A stretch of 63,010 nucleotides of DNA, filler included, from Sluysia triapertura (taxonomy: Eukaryota), in NCBI GenBank assembly GCA_046118255.1. It is 5 parts of 5 records of this genome, joined end to end, with 100 filler letters (N's around TTAATTAATTAA, not from the genome) between each part and the next. Parts side by side here need not be neighbours in the genome. Positions count along the whole stretch, not along the records: positions 50,999 to 63,010 come from JBJNIA010147831.1; 4 more parts are not named here. The stretch is one strand, 5' to 3'. Below, piece by piece: positions 52,373 to 63,010 of the stretch. Within the stretch, counting starts at the first letter, position 1. Each line of letters begins with the position of its first letter. The translations under genes were made by a program, and so were the position numbers. The notes below the pieces were generated by a model that saw only the letters and a list, made by a program, of their open reading frames with translations, ran no database searches and was not told the origin of the DNA.

Positions 52373-55300
52373 TTAAAATCCTACTTTATTCCATCTTATC
52401 TCTACATATTCCCACATTCTGAATAAATTAGTTATTTGACCGAACACAAGATTTTTTTGAAAAAACAATTCAAAAAAATATAATTTTTTTAAAGTTTGCG
52501 CCGATGATCATTCAATAATAACTGTAAGAAAAGTGTGATGCAATGTTTATCCAATGTTTAAAGGTTATGCAATGTTTTTCTTTATTTAATTGATGACCCT
52601 AAAATATGACTGTGTCACACATGCTATTTATTATAAGTACGGGTGATTAATATTGTTTTAACTTCAAAAGAGAATTTTTTAACTTTACCCAAAATCAATC
52701 GAAGGTTTCTGCGATTATCATTTAATTTAAGTATATTTAAATGACTACTTTTAATTCTTGACGAATTAGAATTTTCTCTTATTACAATTCTTTCTTCCAT
52801 GATAGTTGATTTTTACTATACCCTTAAATTACTTTCAACTCAATTAAAATTTTTAAGTTCTCTTTTAATATATTTTCTCGTTTTTTATTTCTTAATAACA
52901 ATTCTATGGATTTTTTTAAATTTTATAATTTCTTTTAGTAATTTTTAGTTTCGTAAAAATAAAAGAAGTCTAATCCTCTAAAGATTTATTAAATAAAAAA
53001 AATAAAAATAGGTACAAGATACCAATTAATTAGAATCAATTAATTAGAATTATTATAATTAGAATTATTAAACTCTAAATTAACCTTCTAACTTTTATAA
53101 AACAAATTATTTTTAGCTAAAATCTAAAGATGGAATAAATAATATAGTTTGTGTATTTTATGTCTCTTGACAGAGACAAATTTTATAAAAAGAAACTTAC
53201 AAAAATTCTTAGCTGACTGATTTAATATACTAATCAATGATAGTCTCTAGCGTTGGACCAACTTATTCTTCGGTGTTTACCAAATTATATCACTTGCTTC
53301 TAGATAGCATTCACTGATACACCAACGTGATTATTAAAGACCAATTGAACTAATATCAGTAATAATCACATGACGATATAAAATTTTATTCAAAACAAAA
53401 TAGAAAAACTTCATTGTTACTGAGTGAGGATTAACTCCTTCAAAAATCGTAAAGATGGTTTAACTTCTTTTTAATTAAGTACTTTATTAGTACCGGATAC
53501 TTCTATAAAATCAGTCACCTGTTTATTTTAAGAAAATAAAATAAATAAATAAGACAATAAATAAATAACAAAATAATAAATTTTATCTAATTTATTTTTC
53601 AGATATCTGATGAAATTTAACTATTGTTTAATTTAGTTATTATATTATTTTTAGATATTCGAAAATTAACAGCTAGTTGGTTAATATTATTTTTTTTGTT
53701 TAATTATTATTATTTTTATTATATTTTCAGATTATCACATTACACATAATTCTTGTTTAAACGTTGTGGCACGACAAATATCTAATTTAATCTTTTTGAT
53801 AAAAATTTATGAAATTTTAGAATAACTTCTTCGAGACGTTGGAGTGCTTTACTCATAACTTTATTACATGATACCATACATAAAAATCATACATGCCAAG
53901 GAACACGTGATATAATTAACATTATCTTTTGTCCATATTACGCATATTCTGACATAAATAATACATATTGTAAAATAAGCATTCCAAACCATTAAATGAA
54001 GACATTCCTTATTACGTTATCGAACGATATTCGTAATACAAATTAATTAAAATAAATTATTACATTAATTCAACTACAATGTTGATTTTAATACATTTAT
54101 TTATTATTTTTCCCATTTTATATTTTTCCTTTTGATTATCAAATTTTATATATTTCATGTATATTAGAATTATATGTTTTAATATTCAAAGTTTATGTAT
54201 CTTTATTTAGAATATTATATATATGTTATATATAGTGCTATGTAAATTAATCATATAATTTTAGATTTTTTAGTTAATTATATGATTTTATTTTTTTATT
54301 TGTACATTTTTCTGAACATCAGAAATTGAAACTTTAAAAGGAAAATTCGATATTTCTTTTGAATACAAAGTTATGATAATAATTGGCTCTAATTCATTTA
54401 CAACTAACAAAAATCATGCGATAACCCGCCTAATGTTAGTTCTGAAACTCAAAACGGTAACGAAAGTAATGATTTTAGAAAAGAATGTGTAATTTTCTAA
54501 ATTTGTACTACCATCGTCAATATATAAATATTAATTATAGGTAGAAAGTAGGGAATGTTTATATAGTGAAGTCAAGACATAACTAACAAAGTGTTTCACC
54601 GTTGAATGATGTTACCTATTGTTTGTCAACTTGATTGTTTTCATAGACAGTCAACTAAACCAAAACCTAAAGTTTTTAAATAAGTAAATCGTATATCACA
54701 TGATCAATTTGTTCTTAAAAATTTTATTAACAGAATAACCCAGAAAGAGTCTAAACTGTCTATGTAAGTTATTTAATTTATGGTGAAATTAAGATTCATA
54801 AAGTATTTCATATTATGACATGTGAATCATCATGTGAAGTGTTTGGTACTATTTTTATCCAATTTTATAATGTATATTTAAATAAAATTTTTTATTTTAC
54901 ATTATTAGATACAGACTAGAAACTCAATTAATTCAATATACATTGTCGAGAGACTTATGTCACGATCCTGCCTGTGTGTTTGCCACGACACAAGATTAAG
55001 TTAAACATTTCCTGTTTATCACAAAAAACCTGCTACATTCATTGTTAACATTAATGTTATATCTTCTATTTCAATATTCAAATAAAACTTGTTTATTTAC
55101 GATCATCGAATGATAAAAACACTACTTGAGTGCAATTCTATAAGACACAAAGTGAGCACCGGTTTCAGTAGGTGTCATCAAGGCATTTGGTAGCGGGACA
55201 GTGCCGGCTGAAAGTGCATCTATCCGAAGTAGTAGCAAGCTCTCGATTTCATTTTTTAGTTTTCTCTAAATAGGTAAACTTCACTTCTAAATTTACCTAT

Positions 55301-55968
55301 AACCTTAATCGCAATTTTAAAGTTCGGTTTGTCTGAAAAATATACAAATTCAATCGTTCAGTCAATTGTAGAACCGTATAGCAATAGATAATGTTTCGAT
55401 TTGATTGTTCAGATATACCAATTCAATCGTTCATGACTTCTCTTTTCTTTTTATGCTGCGAATTTTTATTCTAGTTTTTTGGGATTTTTACTTCCTTTTA
55501 TAGTGAGAAATGAATAATTTCAATGTGTAGACAAATTATTAAATTAAATAATTTCAATATGTAGAAAAATTATTAAATTCAATATAATAGTAGTAAGCAG
55601 ATAAATAACGAAATGAATAATTTCATTATATTGTTATGTAGCTTATAGTAATAAACATCAATATATTTAATATTAGTAACAAACAATCATTAAATATAGA
55701 TAACATCAAATTATTTTTACTTTTATCTAATAACTATTTAAAATAATAAGTAATTGAAAAATTTTTATTAATATATTACTAATTTTTAAATAATAATAAA
55801 ATTTATTGCCTTTAATTTATTCCAAAAATAATTTAAAAACAAAATGATTTATTATAAATGAAAATATTATTTTTTTATTATTTTAAAATTTAAAATTTTA
55901 TTATTTTAATTAAATGAATAATGAAATATTATTATTTTAAATGAATATTAATGCTACAGTAGTACTAC

Positions 55969-56026
<58 letters not shown>

Positions 56027-56304
56027 CATAATTAAAATCATTATATATTATTATTACTTAGAATAATTATTGTTATAAGAAAGCCAGTTACAAATAGGTT
56101 CAAATATTCGGAGTGTTCTTATTTGACATGCTCTATTTGGTTAGAAAAATTTTTGTGTTTCAAATTTGGCATTTTAAATAAAACAATTAGTAAAATTATG
56201 ACTATATTAATACTAAAGAATATAAAGGGTGACAAGATGAGTCACAAGTGTGTATGTGAATGTACTTGTCTTAGTAGTTATTCTATTTGGTATTTATTCA
56301 TACA

Positions 56305-56775
56305 TAGGGTGACCACTGCCCCGTTTTAACATTTGTTCCGGATTAATCAGTTACATTTTTAGACTGTTGAAATTAATAATAATCCACTTTAAAACTGGAC
56401 CCATTCTAAAGTGCTTATTGTAAAGTGCAATATTTCAAAATCTTGTGAGGAATTTACAAACAGTAATAAAGACAACGACGACTTTTTAAGAAAAGTACAT
56501 ATGCTACAGAAAAATATTAATTTGAAAAATCTTTGTTGCATAAATGTTAAATATATTTTTGTATATTCGTATTATCAAATAAAATAAAAATTTTCTTTAT
56601 ATTATATTATAAATAAGAAATGTAACGAAATCTCATTAGAAATTATATTTTGAATCTAAATGTTATTTTTATTCTTTATTATCTATGTGCATTCGGTACA
56701 TTTAAGTAATGTAATTTGTAATGTTTAAATTTGTTTGATGTCTCGGATTGGTGTCGAGAATATCTGGTCACCCTA
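56305..56775. mobile_element. Non-autonomous hAT (Blackjack-like) MITE
   Basis: Perfect 11-bp TIRs TAGGGTGACCA / TGGTCACCCTA. 8-bp flanks TTCATACA / CTCATATA (6/8 identical). Confidence 0.85.
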
Positions 56776-58840
56776 CTCATATATGTTAGAAAATTTTATA
56801 AGAAATTTATAGGTTGATGAAGTTTATAACTTGGCTCTTTTATCTATTTTATTTTCTAACACTTGTATTAATTTTTGGAGGTTATTGTTCACTCGTCTCT
56901 GGTGTAAGAGATGGAAGTTCAATTTTGTTTGATTAACTTTTAAATTCAGACTCTTCTCCTTAAAATCAAATAATATAAACTAAACTCACTAAAAGTTTAT
57001 TTATCAAATGTAAGTAACAAATACAAAGTCATTAATATTATTATGTATTATCAATATACATAAAAAAATGAATTTAACTTTAGTTCTTAAAATTCAATTG
57101 ATTTTCAGTTTATCACACCCAATTTTCTAACATAAAACAAAACATTCTACAAAAATTTCAAATTGATTTCTAGATTATCCTCTTTCATAGCAATAATCTT
57201 ATATTCAATTCATTATTCTAAATATGAAAAATTGAAAATTAACCAACAATGGACTTTGCTCGTTATTAAGACTTTTTTTGCATGAACTCAGTCATTCATC
57301 GAAAGATCTTTTTAAAACAAACACATTCACAAATACAACTTTGACATAGCATTCTGTACTCACCGTTACTTACAGAAATTTACTTCTTTCTTAATAAAGT
57401 TAATTAAGATTTTAAATAATTAATCAATTTTTAGATTTAATATTATTTTATACTTAAAGGTTTTATTAAGGTTTTAAAGTTTTTTGTACTTTATAAGGAG
57501 TTCTAAATGCTTTCACTTTCACCACTCTGACTCCTTTTCTACTTCTTTATGGTAATTAATAATGTATCAACAATGATTTTATTTCTCAATTACATTAAAG
57601 ATTTTAAATACTTTTCGAGGTTACTTAAAGGTTCAGGTATTCTTAAAGGTCGCAAGGCTCACAAATTCAAGGGTATTTTAATACTTCAAAGCCTACTCAA
57701 AGGTCTTTGTATTCTTCAAATTTTAAAATGACTAGTTCTTGTTTATTACGTTTTGTCCATCACTATAACATCTTCTTTACTCGTTTCTTACTTAAAAGTT
57801 GGGTAATTCCAACATAATTGATAAATTCAAATCACGCGTAAAAATCTTCGATAATTTATTATTTTATTCGAAATTGTACAAGGCCCTTTCAATTATTATT
57901 AAAATCTTACCGAAAAGTTGTCAGAAATAGGTTGTCGGGTACTAAATTAAATTTTATTTATTTTAATAATCAATAATTAAATTTAATTAAAATTATTAAT
58001 TAAATTTAAATTTTATTTACCTAAATTCCTCTGTGGTGTCTAAAAATTCATTTTTGCTACATTCTGTCCTTTTGATGCGTGAGTATTATAAATAGTTAGT
58101 CAAAAATTATATTTATATTTTGTCAACAAAACCTAAACAATCCGATAACAATTTTGTTATTATAAATATGTGTAAATATAAGATTTTCCGTAAATAAAAA
58201 TAACATGCTCGATTATGTTTTGACATCAATAAAATGATATTATTTACTTGATTATTATATATTTACAAAATAAATATAGTTTTATAATTTTTTACATCTT
58301 TAATTGATGCTGATATTTTTTGTTTAATTTGCCCTCTGTTAATAATGATTCTATTAGATAATAAACGTTTAAATTTTATTTAAAATAACGCTTTAAACGA
58401 ATTATTAAAATTGAATTTCTCAAACTTTAGTCATTTTATAATTAATTGAATAAACATTGTTTAATAATTCAGTCATTCAAGATATAACATTTTTTATAAT
58501 AAGTCGTAAAAGAGAACTTCATTAATTTTCTGCACAAATAAATAATTTCAATTTTAAGTTCATTTTATATTTAATATAATAAAATAACTCACATACCTCG
58601 AATTTTGTACTTTATTTATCAAAATAAACAATTTGTATTTCTATACTTTGTTTTATTAAAATAAATATATTTTAAAATTTAATAAAATAATTACATTAAA
58701 ATTATTTTTTACTTTAATTAAATATTGTTATTTATTTGTGTCTTCCTTTTAAAAAAAAGATATTTTAAAAATTTTATTATTAATAAATTAATAAATTAAT
58801 AAAAGTAAAAATCATAAGTTTAAAAAATTCAAGTACTTAC

Positions 58841-58975
58841 TACACCCCACCAAAGTGCATCAGCATAATTTTGAAAATCAGTATTACCAATCGTACCTTG
58901 ACTTTCTGCCAAGTACACAAAATAAGACGAAAATATTAAACCCAAAAATCCGATGTACAATGTTGTTATGAGTTC
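58841..58975 (-). CDS. KCNQ1: Exon of a KCNQ1-like voltage-gated potassium channel (S5, turret, pore helix)
   Basis: AG/GTAAGT-bounded 135-bp phase 0-0 exon: [45 protein letters not shown]. The S5 stretch matches KCNQ1 as I recall it. Confidence 0.92.
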
Positions 58976-61900
58976 CTTAATATAATAAATGTTTTATGAA
59001 ATAAATCACTTATAAAAATAGACTTTAATAATCAAACTCCGAGTCAGACGTAGTTTGTAACAATACAGTGTCTTATCAGAATACATGTCACTTATATAAT
59101 ATTGTAATTCATAATGTTACCTTTATTGTAAATAGATATTGATTTATTTTAGGGATGTAAGAGAAAAATTGTTAAAAACTCGGAGATTTGTGATAATTTC
59201 AATTTCATCTTAATAAATCTACCACATAATTTAACGTTTTTAACCTGGTGTATTCGTTTTTGGCGATTGCATTTTTGTTGCGCCCTATTATTTTTGACAC
59301 TTCCAAAGCATTAATTAATTAAATATTTCTTTCTATCAGTAGAAAACAATTTCAAATGTATTTCTTCCCAGATCTTTTTAATTATAAATTCGATTTCATC
59401 TTAAAGCAATAAACGTTTTATTTAACAACTCAAGTAAGCCATTTTTGATAAAAAGTATTGTTTTTATAGAAAAATTAAATAAAATTCTTTTTTATTAATA
59501 ATAGGAACAACAAAGAAAAACTATTTTATTAATATAGATGTTAAAGTGAATCGAGAAATTTAGAATCGTGAAATAATCAATAAGTAAATATTATAACTAA
59601 ATACTAATAGTAAAGAATTTATTACAAAACAACTATAAGAAAATTATACATAAAAATTTAATATAAAAATAGTTGAATAGTACAAACTTAATATAGAGAG
59701 GAATTGACTATTTGTAAAACTTAAAACATCTTACTATAAAACCAATAAATTGTACTATATTATAAAATGTATAATAGGAGATACATTTAAATTATTCTCT
59801 GAAGACGAAGAAATATTTGATTGAACATATTCTAATTTGAATTTATGATCCTTGGTTTTGTTAAGTCTAATTTTATCTTATTGAATATAAAATCTTATTG
59901 AATAATTATATAATGTAAAAAACTAAAAATAAAAATCAGTTATTGGTTGTGTTAATATTAACAATTATTGATTTATTTTGTGTATTAACAATTAATATTT
60001 GGATTACTTTTATTTGGATTAAAATCATTTATTTTTATTCTTGATCGAAATAATAATTAGACTAAATATTTTAATATTTAGACTAACGTAAGTATTTTAA
60101 AAAATATTATTAAATAAAATAATGATAAAATATAAAATAAAATAAATATCATTTTATTGTTTTAACGAAGGCCAAGGCCAACAAAAAATACATAAAAACC
60201 ACATACTCAAACGTAAAAAATAACTTAAAAAACAACGAAAGTATCAAAATCAAAAATTTTATAAATATTTTTAATAGTTGCAAGGCATTTAATTAATCAA
60301 GAAATTTATTGACAGCCAGGATTTTGTTGTTTCTAAAATAATTTACGTTAGTTCATTTTTTAAGATCTTGATACTATTAAGTATCCATCGTAAAATAGAC
60401 TCAAAATTTCATTTTATAAAGATTTTGGAAACTTTCCGCGTATAATATATTTTTTAATTTCTCTAAAAAATAGTTAATTATCGTAAATAGTTAAATTCTT
60501 ACGATAAATTCTTATTTATCGTAAATATTATAATTTATTTTAAAAAAATTTATAAAAAATATTATAATTTTTTTAATTATTAAAATTACTGTTTTATTAA
60601 TAGCAGTTCTAAAAATAATATTTGGAAAGACTAAATAGCGAATCGAAATCGCTACAAAATAAGAAGTGACATTTGATTTACAAAGTTTAAAATATTTATT
60701 TGGTATTTTTAAATTTTTGAATTACATTTAAATTTACTTGGTATTCTGGAAATTTGACGATTATTTGTCAATTAGAACAATTAAAAAGCTATATTTTATA
60801 TTTATTGTATTGGTCATATTTGGAAGAGAAGTTAAATTGTTTATACGTTAAAAGATATATTTTATTTGAAGAAAAGAAACCATAGTTTATTTATCAATTT
60901 AATCTCTGGAAATTCATTTTAATAGTTTACCTTAACTAATCGTTAGTCTTCTGATCATTTTAAGAAAAAATTTAAATTAATTACATAAACTTTAAGTTAT
61001 AACTTAGTAATATTTATTTACAAAATAAATTTTGTTTTATAAACTACGATAGTTTAATATTAATCATAAAATTAATATTATTAATATTGTGTAAATTAAT
61101 CTTTATTATTCTGTGTGACATTCTTATTTAAAATAACTTTTGTTTATTGGACATATAAACGCGTTTGACGATTGGAATTTTTATTCCTATATAAGTTTGA
61201 TTTTACATTTTTAAAGTTTATAGTTAAACTGATATTATTGATTTTTGTGTTTATATTAATAAATAGATCATAACGTTCCTTATGTCGTTTTTTAAAGATG
61301 TGTATATTAGTAAATATTTAAACATTAGTAAACATTTTGATAATTTATGGAAAATAAAATAATACTTGAAATTAATATTCTACATCCTTCAAATCATAAT
61401 AATACTCCATTTATTCTTTAAATTATAAAAGATTAAGAAAACTCAATTGCTGCAAGCACCTAGAATTAAGAAATACGTAGAATTAAGTATAAATATAAAC
61501 ATATACATCCAATCTTATTTTTCTTAAGCTGCAAATCTATGTGCTGGCCCTTCAGTGAGTAAGTCTAGTATCACAGAGAACTTACGATAAGAATAAGGCA
61601 TCTAATTCAAATCAAATATCTATCTTTAATCACACTAATCACCACAATAATAATAATAATAATAAAATGAACATACTCCCATGTATCCGAAAAGATTAAA
61701 CATACGAAGGAAATTGTCACTTTAAAATCTGTGGTTGGACTTCCAATGAGATATCAGTAACCTACTATAAGCAAACTATAGTTTATTACTTTTGCAACTA
61801 TTATTAAAGAACGTAAAATCTTACAAGTAGATACAAGATTATATTCAATATCCATTAATGGATCTATTCAAACTCTTCATATACCTTCTAAAACCTTATC

Positions 61901-62531
61901 CACACTTTTATTTCACTATTTCTTGACTACTTTTCTTATTAACTTTATCAATACTAATACCCAAAATAAAGTAAATATCCAAAATCATTTTTATTAATTT
62001 CTCTGGAGCTAATATCGATTACAAAATAAATCTATGAAATTGCTACTATAATTAAATTTTAAAAATCGAATTTCGTGTTTTTTGTTTGTATCCACAATTT
62101 TTATAAAATTCGAGTACAAATATGTGGTTTTTAACGTATTATTATAATTATTCATAACTAGTAATAAATATTATTAATAATAAAGTTTTTAAATTATAAA
62201 ATATGAATAAAAGAATAATATAGTAATAATAACGTGGTAAAAAAGTAAAATAATTATTACCATAAAAATATAATTTCTCAATAATAAAATTTTATAATTA
62301 TTATATATTTAGAGTTTTTATTATAAGGAAATCTGTTGAAAGTGTGAAAGTGTAAAATGAAGACGACAAATTAATAATTAAATACGAATTAAAAGTTTAT
62401 ATAATTGTTTAAAAATTGTTTTATTTTTGAAGTGATGAATTAGGGTTTTGAATCGCCATAAGTTTTCTTGTTCATAATAAAATGTAACTCGACAAAACCA
62501 AAATCAAATTTTAAGCTTTAATGTACGAATG

Positions 62532-62577
<46 letters not shown>

Positions 62578-63010
62578 CTAACATTTATAAAATTTTTTAT
62601 GAATGACTATAGCAATATTTTTATGAATAGACAATCCCATAGACAGTAGGAATGTTCATAAAAATACTTCAAGTAGGCAGCGTTGAATTTAAAAAATTTG
62701 CAGTTTTCGTAAGATGATATAAGTTATAATTACATGTTTCAGAAAAATATTTGAGCTAATGAATATTTAAAAATCAAGAATGACATGTTAGATCAGCATT
62801 TCTCAACCTATGTTATGGAGGTACTATTGGTATTTAAAAATTGTTTATTCATCTCGGTGTTGTGAGACGAACATTTCATATGCTTTAAAGTGTTAGAAAA
62901 CCTTTTCGTGTTGAAGTTAGTTTTAAGATTGAACATAATGATCAGTTTGTCGTTCGAAAATTCTACTTTAGCTTTGTCGTCATGCGACTTAGTTGTAGCG
63001 TTATTGAAGT

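Noticed and set aside
59230-59450. Tc1/mariner-like transposase remnant
   Set aside because: Only vague peptide resemblance (IIKKIWEEI); no TIRs or DDE motif found.

Overview
Very AT-rich, repeat-dense animal (metazoan) scaffold made of six contigs joined by 100-character N gaps; four gaps contain an artificial TTAATTAATTAA spacer. Host genes I can support, all on the minus strand: two spliced Ig-domain exons of a LAR-family (type IIa) receptor tyrosine phosphatase (5710-6006, 10860-10976) and one KCNQ1-like S5/pore exon (58841-58975). There are also decayed gene fragments (proteasome alpha subunit, plastin/fimbrin). The rest is mostly decayed mobile DNA: a piggyBac with TTAA target duplication, a Ty3/Gypsy element (LTR-PBS-PR-RT-RH-IN, followed by an unexpected second protease-like ORF), two related LTR+PBS remnants, an L2/CR1-type LINE fragment, a hAT MITE and microsatellites. 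The most interesting signal is a four-copy, roughly 150-160 bp repeat carrying a tRNA-Ala-like module. Its predicted CCA end is complementary (12/13 nt) to the primer-binding site of the Gypsy element. In all three LTR copies the start of that PBS sits in a conserved, apparently covarying hairpin. All family assignments come from motif recognition by eye; no searches were run.
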